This document shows positions 1-8,887 of a stretch of 64,000 bases of DNA, in pieces. The stretch lies in contig OZ244048.1 of the NCBI GenBank assembly GCA_965215265.1, positions 2,016,001 to 2,080,000 of the forward strand, in the 5' to 3' direction. This DNA comes from Candidatus Poribacteria bacterium (GTDB taxonomy: Bacteria > Poribacteria > WGA-4E > WGA-3G). The notes beneath the pieces were generated by a model that did not search any database, was not told the DNA's origin, and worked only from the letters and a program-made list of their open reading frames with translations. The position numbers were made by a program, and so were the translations under genes. Within the stretch, counting starts at the first letter, position 1; each line of letters starts with the position of its first letter.

Positions 1-953
1 ATAAAGCACTCGTTGCTATAAATGGCGGATACTTTGAAATGGAAGGTCCCTTTCGCGGTGAATCCGTCGGTGCACTGAAAATTAACGGTGAATGGGTTAG
101 TGAACCAGAGCAGGGAAGGGCAGTTATAGGATTCAGAGCAGTTGATGGCAAAACCGAGGCATATATCGACCGGGTTGCTCTCTGGATGGAACTGGTGCTG
201 CCAAGTCAGAACCCCCTCATAATAGACGGTATCAATCGTAATCGTGGAAGAGACGAGTTGGTGCTTTACCGACCTTACTTTCATACGGTGACCTTGACAA
301 TGCCCGATGGTGTTGAGGTTGTTGTCGAAAATGACCAGGTCGTCGGCATCTACGATAGGCAGGGCAGTCTGCACATTCCGTCTGATGGTTATGTGCTATC
401 AGCAAGTGGAAAGCAGCGCACATCACTCTTGGCGGCAGTTGCTATTGGTGATAGGCTGCAAATTCGCAAGACGTTGATTCCCGAACGTGTTGGTAACAGC
501 AGGTTGTGGGCGAGTTGTGAGCACATTATCGGTGGCGGTCCGCTGTTACTACGGAATGGCATCGCAACTCCGAGGCGGGCGTATGAGGTTGAAGGGTTTG
601 ATAGGACGTTTCACAGTTTTTGGCATCCGCGCACTGCAATCGGTAGAAAGGCGGACGGCACGTTGCTTTTTGTGACAATAACGTCAACGGAGGCAGGTGT
701 TCGACGCGGGGTGACGCTGCCAAAAATGACACAGTTATTTTTAGAATGGGGTGCGACGGACGCGCTCAATTTAGATGGCGGGGCTTCTTCTATGCTAATT
801 ATTCAGGATGAGGTGGTGAGTGTCAAGCAGCACGACAAAAAGCAACGAGCTGGTGCACGCGCGAAACCAGCCCGTGGTAATCGTAGAATCCGCCCTTTAC
901 CCAAGCAACAGGGCCGCGCGATTGCAGACGCACTCTTGATTTTTCCGCGTTAA
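1..953 (+). CDS. Phosphodiester glycosidase (NAGPA/DUF2233) family protein, 5'-partial
   Basis: Frame is open from the window edge (KALVAINGGYFEM...). Family motifs INGGYF, IGGGPLLL, HPRTAIG, ALNLDGG. Confidence 0.85.
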   Translation, partial: KALVAINGGYFEMEGPFRGESVGALKINGEWVSEPEQGRAVIGFRAVDGKTEAYIDRVALWMELVLPSQNPLIIDGINRNRGRDELVLYRPYFHTVTLTMPDGVEVVVENDQVVGIYDRQGSLHIPSDGYVLSASGKQRTSLLAAVAIGDRLQIRKTLIPERVGNSRLWASCEHIIGGGPLLLRNGIATPRRAYEVEGFDRTFHSFWHPRTAIGRKADGTLLFVTITSTEAGVRRGVTLPKMTQLFLEWGATDALNLDGGASSMLIIQDEVVSVKQHDKKQRAGARAKPARGNRRIRPLPKQQGRAIADALLIFPR

Positions 954-1073
954 AAAGATTTCTTTTCCCATCATCCGATGTCTCTTTTTGATGATAAACG
1001 TTCGCGCCTATTCTCTCTATATACACACTAGGCCGGTTATGAGGCACGTTGGTACCGTCGACAAATTCGCAGA

Positions 1074-1466
1074 TTAACCTCTGTTCGACTCTGATACAGG
1101 CTTGACTTCAACCAGGGCGATCACCGGTGCTTGTAACAAATGCTGCACGGGTGACAAACTCACTAAAAAATCACACACTCCTGTCAATCCGTTTTTGGCA
1201 TCAACGCTCAAGTCAATGCCAAAAAAGAAACTAATACGCCGGTTTAAGTGCTCTCTCAGTTCAACGAGGACATTGGTGATAGTCAGTTCCGATTTTGCGT
1301 TCGCCGTATTTATGGCAGCGGCTAACGGGACATTTATCTCTAACGTTGTTAGGAGATATCCACTCGGCGTTACCGGTGCTGCTGGAGAAAAAAGATCTTC
1401 CGATTCAACGATTTCTAATTGAAACGTTGCCACGACCGTTTCTAAAGTCCAATTGCTATAAGTTAT
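1074..1466 (-). pseudogene. Truncated PD-(D/E)xK-fold hypothetical protein (same broad family as 33194..33808)
   Basis: Reads I-TYSNWTLETVVATFQL... with ATA at 1466-1464 where ATG is expected, downstream of GAGAAGG. Ends at 'CDF...VEVK' plus a short tail and lacks the 'QCxAExxAA...IYG' half seen in the paralog. Confidence 0.65.
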
Positions 1467-1755
1467 GGAGGGACCTTCTCAGGAATTGAAGTTATATTCG
1501 GTGACTTTATTCTACAAAAATTGCGGGGAAAAAGCAAGAATTATCCACCGTGTCACATAGTTGTTTAGGTTTTTAATATAGTGCGTGATTTTGTCAATCT
1601 CGTGTTTCTCTTGAGATATTTTAAATCTGATAGAAGCACTGAATGAATTCCTCTGGATTGAAAAAAAAACAGTGGACATTTCTACGCAGAATATAGTAAA
1701 ATATTTTTTGAGACATTTGCCACAACGAAAGCAAGATACAAAGGGGGATGGTACA

Positions 1756-2691
1756 ATGCTAATCAATAGAAAACCACTATATGAAAAATCGCCGCGTTTG
1801 TCTCGGCCTTCTATCGGTGATATAAGTAAGAGCATCATCGCACAAACAGATGCCTCTCGCTTTAATCGACGACAATTTATCAAAGTGGCTGCAGGACTTG
1901 CTACCTCTGTTTTTGCAGGAGGAAGCTTGCTTCAAGCAGCGGAAGCTCAGTTCGGATTCCGTGAACATATCCCTTATGATGCGGTTCGTGATATTCACTA
2001 CGGGACCCGCTACGGTAGGATTGAACACCACTATCCGGAGATGAACCCAACCGGTGAGAAATTCACGTTTGTGCGTCTCAAGTACCCAGGCGGCGATTGG
2101 TATACGAATATCGTTAACTACTACCGCTGGCAGTCTGATCTGAAGTTTACGGAGGTGCTGGCAGCGAATACGACGATTGATGTTGAGGTTCGTGAACATC
2201 CGCAATACGTTGATATTGACGACCCTGGGCTCTATGCGTATCCGTTTCTCTTCATGACAGGGCACCGTGGCATTCGGCTTTCTGATGAACAGGTACGCAA
2301 GTTCAGAGAATACTTTGAGCGCGGTGGATTCCTCCACATTGAGGATTGTGATATTCGTCTTAACAACGGTAGAGGCGGTCTGAAGCCGCACATCTATGAG
2401 ATGGTACGCCGGATTTTTCCCGAAAAGAAGTTTGAACGACTTGACACCAGCCATCCGATTTATCACACGCTCTATGCGCACGATGAGTATATGGGGGGAG
2501 ATAAGCGCATCCCTGGACTGTCCGATGCTGATGAGGCAATCATGGAAAATGACCGGATAATGGTCTACTTCTCCCCCAGTGACCTGAATTGTGCATGGGA
2601 AGGTAGGCCCTGTAGCCCTGGTGGTGAGGAACAGCGGGGCTGGGCGTTTGAGCAGGGGATGAATGTCGTCGCGTACGCCCTCACACGGTAA
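1756..2691 (+). CDS. DUF4159 domain protein with twin-arginine (Tat) signal
   Basis: RRQFIK plus hydrophobic helix; FTFVRLKY..GDW, YPFLFMTGH, GGFL..ED, HPIY, GxNVVAYAL motifs. ATG at 1756 after GGGGA (the ORF track starts at 1672). Confidence 0.8.
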   Translation: MLINRKPLYEKSPRLSRPSIGDISKSIIAQTDASRFNRRQFIKVAAGLATSVFAGGSLLQAAEAQFGFREHIPYDAVRDIHYGTRYGRIEHHYPEMNPTGEKFTFVRLKYPGGDWYTNIVNYYRWQSDLKFTEVLAANTTIDVEVREHPQYVDIDDPGLYAYPFLFMTGHRGIRLSDEQVRKFREYFERGGFLHIEDCDIRLNNGRGGLKPHIYEMVRRIFPEKKFERLDTSHPIYHTLYAHDEYMGGDKRIPGLSDADEAIMENDRIMVYFSPSDLNCAWEGRPCSPGGEEQRGWAFEQGMNVVAYALTR

Positions 2692-2754
2692 ATTTAACAA
2701 GTCTATCGGTTGTCGGTTATTAACTGGCACCTGAAAACGAACAAGAGGAAAACC

Positions 2755-4638
2755 ATGAAAAGGATTTTTAGTTCGACTTGCAAGCTACACCAAAAATGTA
2801 CGTTGTTTTGTTTCGTAATTGTGCTCATCGTTCTCGCCCAGTATGCTAACGCACAAGAACGATTCTCAGATGCTGTGGGTCCTGTTACCGTTCAAGAGAT
2901 GACGGCAACAACCCCTTTGGTAGTACCATATATTACATGGGGTGGGGAATCAGCACTTTTCCATGCCAATGGAGGGGTAACGACTCGTCCCGGTACAATT
3001 ATGGCGGAACTCGGCATGAATCTCAAATTAGTGCAAGGTGACAACTTTCAGCAGCAGGTACGTGACTATCTCTCAGGTAAATCTCCGTTCCTGCGTGGCA
3101 CGTTTAGAATGATAGCACAAGCAAGCGAAGCCGTCGGGAGAGATGCGCGTACAAAACCGGTCGTTTTTGGGCAGCTCACCTGGTCGGCAGGTGACCATTT
3201 CGTCGGACGTTCTAATATCCGGAAAATCTCTAACCTCCGGGGCAAAAAACTCGCTATCCAAAAAGGTGGACCGCACGTAGGGATGCTTTATGATATGTTG
3301 AAGACTGCTCGACTTTCGAAGTCACAGGTGGAAATCGTCTGGGTGGATGAATTAACAGGTGTTAATGGACCTGCAGAACGTTTCCGAAACGACGCAACTA
3401 TCGCAGGCTGTTTTGTGATTACACCCGATATGATCGGCTTAACAGGTGGTCCTGAGAACACCGGCACAGGGGCTGAAGGAACCGTCAAAGGCGCGCATGT
3501 TGTCGTTAGTACCGCGACACTCTCTCGTTCTATTGCGGATGTCTACGTCTGCCGTAAAGATTTCTACACCGCTTACAAACCGCTTGTTGAACGATTCTTT
3601 GCCGGTTATCTGAAGGGAGCCGAAGAGGTAGTGGCTCTTAAGAAAGCCTACGAAACGAGCGGCTCCCCAAAATACACACAGCTCCTGACGATGATGCAAA
3701 ACATCTACGGTAAAGAAGTATTACCGACCCTTGAGGAGGATGCCCACGGTTTAATTGCAGATTGCACGTTCGTTGGGCAACCGGGAAATATCGCTTTCTT
3801 CAACGACCCGAGGAACACCATTACCGGTTTTGAAGGCTTCAATAAAGCAGGATTGGATATGGCAATGAATTGGGGGTTTGCAACGCAAAGATATGCTTTG
3901 ATTCCTTCCGACTTAGACTTTAACTCACCAACTTTTAAGAACCTGCTCACTACAACTGTGACGGCTCCTACGCAATTGAAAGCAACACGTTTCAAAAAAG
4001 AGACAGTACGGGCTGAAATTGAATCGTTTAATGAGGACGCAGTGCTCGACGAAAAGACCCTCATTTCCTTCACAATTCAATTTGATGCGAACCAAGGCAC
4101 CTTTAGTGATGCTAAATATAAAGAAGAATTTGATAGAGTTGTAGAACTCGCATCTAAATATGGGAATGCTGCTATTGCGATCAAGGGACACAGCGATCCC
4201 TCTCGAACATTGAGCGTATTAGTAAAAACGGGGCTCCAAACAGGTATTTTGAGACGGACAGGCACGCGAGGCAGCTACAAATATTTTATGGACGGTAAGC
4301 CCTTTAGTTTGGAAGATACTGCGAACTTGATTCGTCTGATTCAGCAGAAGAAGTTCGATGATGGCACCAACGTTGAAAGTCCCTATCAAGTGATGCGGGC
4401 CGCGCTTAAACTTTCCGAGCAGCGTGGGCAAGCAGTCAAACAGTCTATTATCACCTATGCACAGCGCAAAAATGCACGGATTGATCCAGACCAGATTGTA
4501 CCAGTTGGCGTCGGAATTAAGGACCCTGTTATTGCAAAACCGACTAGCCCGCAAGAAGCAGCAGAAAACCGACGCGTTGAATTCGCAGTTATTAAAGTTT
4601 CAGCAGAAGCTGTTGCTGTATCTGATTTTGATTTTTAG
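2755..4638 (+). CDS. NMT1/THI5-like substrate-binding protein fused to a C-terminal OmpA-like domain
   Basis: Signal peptide ending ANA; 'LTWSAGD', 'LRGKKLAIQKGGP'; OmpA-C motifs GHSD...LSEQR...GVG...NRRVEF. ATG at 2755 after GAGG. Confidence 0.8.
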   Translation: MKRIFSSTCKLHQKCTLFCFVIVLIVLAQYANAQERFSDAVGPVTVQEMTATTPLVVPYITWGGESALFHANGGVTTRPGTIMAELGMNLKLVQGDNFQQQVRDYLSGKSPFLRGTFRMIAQASEAVGRDARTKPVVFGQLTWSAGDHFVGRSNIRKISNLRGKKLAIQKGGPHVGMLYDMLKTARLSKSQVEIVWVDELTGVNGPAERFRNDATIAGCFVITPDMIGLTGGPENTGTGAEGTVKGAHVVVSTATLSRSIADVYVCRKDFYTAYKPLVERFFAGYLKGAEEVVALKKAYETSGSPKYTQLLTMMQNIYGKEVLPTLEEDAHGLIADCTFVGQPGNIAFFNDPRNTITGFEGFNKAGLDMAMNWGFATQRYALIPSDLDFNSPTFKNLLTTTVTAPTQLKATRFKKETVRAEIESFNEDAVLDEKTLISFTIQFDANQGTFSDAKYKEEFDRVVELASKYGNAAIAIKGHSDPSRTLSVLVKTGLQTGILRRTGTRGSYKYFMDGKPFSLEDTANLIRLIQQKKFDDGTNVESPYQVMRAALKLSEQRGQAVKQSIITYAQRKNARIDPDQIVPVGVGIKDPVIAKPTSPQEAAENRRVEFAVIKVSAEAVAVSDFDF

Positions 4639-4647
4639 CCGGAATAG

Positions 4648-4764
4648 CAGTGGCAGGGTTCGGTTTTCTTTATCTCTCCTTTCAGGAGAGATAAGTGGCG
4701 AGATAGGTATCTTTCTCTGTCCTTCAGGATAGACAAGATTACCTTTTACTCGCCACCCACTGGG
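4648..4764. repeat. Palindromic intergenic repeat family A (truncated outer element plus complete 71-bp inner element 4694-4764)
   Basis: 4741-4764 is the exact reverse complement of 8648-8671. TGGCAGG / TCCTTCAGGA core is shared with 7460-7557. Confidence 0.8.
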
Positions 4765-4853
4765 GTCGGCGATCAGTTATCAGAAAAAGAAGCGCCTCTT
4801 AAGCGAAACCCATTATTGACTGTTTTTGATGGTTTCCAATAACTGACTGTTCC

Positions 4854-5813
4854 ATGACAGAGATAGGTCTTTTTATGAAATATATTACGGCAGCCGGATC
4901 CAGCATGCAATTTATTTACCTACTGAGTCTGATGGCTTTTGGTCTCCAGATTTGCAGTGCTGACGACAACATTCATAAAGATAACATTGTTGTGATTCTC
5001 GATGCCTCCGGTTCAATGCAGGATAAGTTTAGTGGAGACAGGACGAAATCGAAAATGGAAGCAGCAAAAGCAGCACTACAAGAAGTGCTAGCGAAAGTGC
5101 CTGACAACACCCAGATCGGATTGCTGGTGTTTAGTGGTGCCAATGTCCAAAACGAATGGGTGTACCCGTTAGGGCCCAAGGACATTCAAAAACTGATAGC
5201 GGCCATCCATTTACCACAACCTAGCGGGAACACACCGTTGGGGAAATACATCCGAATCGGGGCAAATCGTCTCCTTGAACAACGCGAAAAACAGTTCAGC
5301 TACGGAAACTATCAGTTGTTAGTTGTTACAGATGGCGAGGCTTCAGATGCTGACAAAGTTAAACATTACACACCTGAAATCCTCAATCGGCAGATTCGCA
5401 TTGATGTTATCGGGGTTGATATGAAGACAGATCACATGTTGGCAAATGTGGTGGATAGTTACCGAAAGGCAGATGATCCGGGGGAGTTGGTAGCGGCGGT
5501 GTCGGCGATCCTTGCGGAGACCGGCGATACAAGCACAGATGTTGGCAGCGAGGATGCTTTTGAATACATTGCGCCGCTTTCATCGGAAATTGCTGCCGAT
5601 TTGATTCAGCGGCTCACAACGCCTCCAAGCAATACTGAAATTGCAGTAAAGTCGAAGGAGTCGACACCATTACCACCGACAACACCGAGAAAAGTGCCGG
5701 CACCAGATCTACAGGGTACTGACTCAGACCCTGGACAAACTACGCTATGGTTTATAATACTTCTGGTTGTGCTTTCTGTTATAGGGTTCTTGGTTTTCAG
5801 AAATAGGAACTAG
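4854..5813 (+). CDS. von Willebrand factor A domain protein with C-terminal membrane anchor
   Basis: MIDAS DASGS...T(SGNTPLG)...VTDG; N-terminal hydrophobic segment; Pro/Thr linker; C-terminal TM helix followed by RNRN. Start may be 4875 or 4905. Confidence 0.85.
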   Translation: MTEIGLFMKYITAAGSSMQFIYLLSLMAFGLQICSADDNIHKDNIVVILDASGSMQDKFSGDRTKSKMEAAKAALQEVLAKVPDNTQIGLLVFSGANVQNEWVYPLGPKDIQKLIAAIHLPQPSGNTPLGKYIRIGANRLLEQREKQFSYGNYQLLVVTDGEASDADKVKHYTPEILNRQIRIDVIGVDMKTDHMLANVVDSYRKADDPGELVAAVSAILAETGDTSTDVGSEDAFEYIAPLSSEIAADLIQRLTTPPSNTEIAVKSKESTPLPPTTPRKVPAPDLQGTDSDPGQTTLWFIILLVVLSVIGFLVFRNRN

Positions 5814-5818
5814 GAGCT

Positions 5819-7414
5819 ATGGACGCTGTTAAGAAAAAGCGCATAATCATCATGGTAGCAAGCTGGCTCATTATCATCGGGGTAGCCGGACTCGTTTATA
5901 AGTTCGTCGTTGAACCGTGGATACGCGACGACCTTGTTAAAGAGACGAGTACCCAACGTTACGCACATACTATCAAGGTGGCACACGACTCGTTTCCGGG
6001 GTATGCAATACTCCGTTCTGCTGCTGTTCAGAATCTGCTGGATCGTCAAGGGATTAAACTCACGTTCGTTGATGATAAGGCGGATTACGTCGGGAGGATA
6101 CGCGCGCTGAAAAGTGGTAAGGTTCAGATGGCAGTATTTACTATTGATGCTTATCTCAAGGCAGGTAGCGTTATCGGTGAGTTCCCGGGTTCGATCGTCC
6201 TCGTGATCGATGAATCTAAAGGGGCTGATGCTATTGTTGCGTATAAGCGAGGCGTACCGCGAATACCGAGTTTGAGCAATCCGCAGGCGCGGATCGTACT
6301 GACCCCGGATTCGCCGAGTGAAACGCTTGCCCGAATCATGATCAACAAGATGAGCCTACCAAGTCTGCCCTCTTCGTGGGCGGTCGAGACAAACGGGGCT
6401 GAAGATGCCTATAAGAAACTCAAGTCCGCTGATCCGGATCAGCCGTATGCCTATGTCATCTGGGAACCTTACGTGACGAAAGCACTCGCTATAGAAGGCG
6501 TGCATCTGCTGCTAGATAGTTCAAAACTCAAAGGTTATATCGTTGATGTACTGGTAGTTCAGCGCGAATTTTTGGATTCACAACGTGAGCTCGTCGTGCA
6601 CGTTGTCCAAGCGTATCTCCGCGCGAACTATGATTACAATAACCAACCTGATGGGTTAGCCTCCTTGATTCAGGCGGATGCAAAGCAGTATGGTGACTCG
6701 CTTAATCGCAATGAGACGGATAAATTGGTCAAAGGAATTGAATGGCGTAACACAGTTGAGAATTACGCCCATTTCGGTATAATTTCCTCTGAACAGGCCA
6801 AAGGTAGCGAGCGCTTGGAGGCGATGATTGCTAAAATTGTGCAGGTACTGGTGCAGACGAATTCAATCCCCGTGCAACCCGTGTCAGGAAATTACGAGGA
6901 ACTCTTCTTTGAGGGTATTTTGCGATCACTTCACCACGATAAGTTTCACCCCGGTATTTTAAACGCAAGCGGGGCTGATGGGTTAGATAATATCTTCGTT
7001 GAATCAACACCTATGGAACAGGTTAGAGAAGAGGCATCACTCAATCCCCTTTCAGATACAAATTGGAATGCACTTGCACCTGTCGCGGCGATGAAAGTAG
7101 AACCAATCCAATTCGGACGCGGGAATGCCCGGATTCTTCCAAACAGTGAACGTGCATTGAAAGAACTCGCTGCAAATCTGAAATCGTTCCCCCAGTACTA
7201 TCTCAGAGTGGTAGGGCATACGCGTCAGGAGGGAGATCCGGCAGCAAATCAGATCCTCGCCTTACAACGTGCTGAGGCCGCAGCAGAATCTCTGAGGCGT
7301 TTCGGTATTGCAAACCACCGTATCCGTGCCATGGCAAGCAACGAAACCTCCACCCAGATGCGCGGGGCAGCAGCACAAAGCGTTACATTTGAGCTCCTCG
7401 GAAAACCGTATTAG
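5819..7414 (+). CDS. Membrane-anchored substrate-binding protein/OmpA-domain fusion
   Basis: N-terminal TM; 'DSFPGY', 'IDESKGADAIV', 'IWEPYV', 'IVDVLV' (NMT1/SsuA-like); C-terminal 'IQF...VGHTR..GD..AN..LALQRA'. Confidence 0.8.
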   Translation: MDAVKKKRIIIMVASWLIIIGVAGLVYKFVVEPWIRDDLVKETSTQRYAHTIKVAHDSFPGYAILRSAAVQNLLDRQGIKLTFVDDKADYVGRIRALKSGKVQMAVFTIDAYLKAGSVIGEFPGSIVLVIDESKGADAIVAYKRGVPRIPSLSNPQARIVLTPDSPSETLARIMINKMSLPSLPSSWAVETNGAEDAYKKLKSADPDQPYAYVIWEPYVTKALAIEGVHLLLDSSKLKGYIVDVLVVQREFLDSQRELVVHVVQAYLRANYDYNNQPDGLASLIQADAKQYGDSLNRNETDKLVKGIEWRNTVENYAHFGIISSEQAKGSERLEAMIAKIVQVLVQTNSIPVQPVSGNYEELFFEGILRSLHHDKFHPGILNASGADGLDNIFVESTPMEQVREEASLNPLSDTNWNALAPVAAMKVEPIQFGRGNARILPNSERALKELAANLKSFPQYYLRVVGHTRQEGDPAANQILALQRAEAAAESLRRFGIANHRIRAMASNETSTQMRGAAAQSVTFELLGKPY

Positions 7415-7459
7415 GAACGGTTTTAACCGTTTTCGTCTATAGGAGCCCAATAAAGGCTG

Positions 7460-7557
7460 CCCAGTGGGTGGCAGGTAAAAGGTTGGCAGGTTTGGCAGGG
7501 TCCGGTTTTCTTTATCCTCTCCTTCAGGACAGATAAAGACTACCTATCCTGCCACTG
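7460..7557. repeat. Repeat family A (partial inner element plus complete outer palindrome)
   Basis: CCCAGTGGGTGGCAGGTAAAAGGT at 7460-7483, then TGGCAGGG...CCTTCAGGACAGATAAAG...CCTGCCACTG. Confidence 0.75.
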
Positions 7558-7631
7558 CTATATTAAAACCCTTACAAATCTCGTCGGAGGGTTCTGATGT
7601 TTTGAATCAAAGCATAAACGGCTTAGGCATA

Positions 7632-7707
7632 GCATAAGAGGGCTCTGGCGAGGTTTCTAAGGGACTTATCAAAGCATCAGGTGTTATAGGGCTGAAATAT
7701 ACGAAAA
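7632..7707 (+). repeat. Degenerate intergenic repeat family B
   Basis: GCATAAGAGGGCTCTGGCGAG...AAAGCATCAG...GGGCTGAAATATACGAAAA; closely matches 13134-13207. Confidence 0.65.
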
Positions 7708-7717
7708 ACGAAAACAT

Positions 7718-8500
7718 GTGGTGAAGAAATTGATTGATCGGAGATTGTTTCAGAGGAAATTCCTACTTCATCTTCTTAGCAACACTTATATTCTCCTCCC
7801 TTTTGCTGCCGGAGGCTCCATCGCTTTTGCAGCCTGGGTATTCAATTTAGAACCGAAGGCACTCTATCTATTCGGTAGTGCGATTCTCAGCATCTTGGTG
7901 CCTATCGGGACCCTAATTAGCAAGTGGGCAACCGGAACAGAAGATATAGCGAAACAGGTTCACAGTGAGATCCTTCACGAAGTTCATCAAAAGCGAGAAG
8001 CAGAACTAAATAACTTACATCAACAACTTGAAGCTGATGGAGATGCCCGAACAGAAACGATGCTTGACGAACTTCGTGCTTTGCATAAATCCTTTCAAGA
8101 AGAAGCGGGGGGCGATGGTTGGTTGGGTGCCCTCCCTATTAGTGTTAGCGCTGATATTACCGATAAGGTTTCTGAACTCTTTACACAAGCAGTAGAGTGT
8201 TTGAAAGACACACTTAAGATGCATCAGAAATTAAGGAATACGCAATTGGCAACTGTCAAAAATGTGCTTCAACAATATCGCGAACAACGGATTGAAGATG
8301 TTCAGCAGACGATTGTTCAATTATCACACCTCTACACCCGGGTACTAACGTTCAATCCTGAAAGCAATGACACAGAGCTGACACGTCTCCGGTCCGAACT
8401 CGACGAAAGCCTCAGTTTTGCCAAACAGGTCGATGCAAAGATACGTGAGTTAACACCACTACATAATAATGATGTACACCAAACAGAAGATCCGAAATAA
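7718..8500 (+). CDS. Hypothetical membrane protein (2 TM + coiled coil)
   Basis: Two N-terminal hydrophobic helices, then a Q/E/L-rich heptad pattern. GTG start. Confidence 0.7.
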   Translation: MVKKLIDRRLFQRKFLLHLLSNTYILLPFAAGGSIAFAAWVFNLEPKALYLFGSAILSILVPIGTLISKWATGTEDIAKQVHSEILHEVHQKREAELNNLHQQLEADGDARTETMLDELRALHKSFQEEAGGDGWLGALPISVSADITDKVSELFTQAVECLKDTLKMHQKLRNTQLATVKNVLQQYREQRIEDVQQTIVQLSHLYTRVLTFNPESNDTELTRLRSELDESLSFAKQVDAKIRELTPLHNNDVHQTEDPK

Positions 8501-8507
8501 CAGATAC

Positions 8508-8580
8508 TTTGTATGCTGCAGCCCATCAACGCCTTATGCTTTCATAAAAACTGTGTCAAATCTCGTCAGAGCCGTTTATG
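8508..8580 (-). repeat. Repeat family B copy
   Basis: Reverse complement reads GGCTCTGACGAGATTTGACAC...AAAGCATAAGGCGTTGATGGGCTGCAGCATACAAAG. Confidence 0.6.
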
Positions 8581-8624
8581 TTTAGATTTTAAAGACTATA
8601 CCTAAGTAGTCTCCGATCTATAGA

Positions 8625-8755
8625 TGGCAGGTATAAGGTTATCTTGTCCCAGTGGGTGGCGAGTAAAAGGTAGCAAAGCGTGTCCTGAAGGACACGACTT
8701 TCTACCTATCTCGCCACTGTCCTTCAGGACAGACAAAGAATACCTAACCTGCCAC
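8625..8755. repeat. Repeat family A, nested (inner 8648-8718 inserted in the outer palindrome)
   Basis: Removing 8648-8718 restores TGGCAGGT..AGGTTATCTTGT/GTCC-TTCA-GGACAGACAAAGAATACCTAACCTGCCA. Confidence 0.75.
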
Positions 8756-8887
8756 GAGATTTGTGCTAAGGTTTACATCATATAGATTGGTGTTGTACTG
8801 CAGTAGACGAAAAAACGAGATTTATAGTGGGTTGAACAATGCATCAGCCTTGTTTGGGCTCCTGTAGACAGAGAAACAAAGAAAAGG

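Noticed and set aside
1777-2730. 317-aa antisense ORF
   Set aside because: Shadow of the DUF4159 gene with no recognisable motifs.
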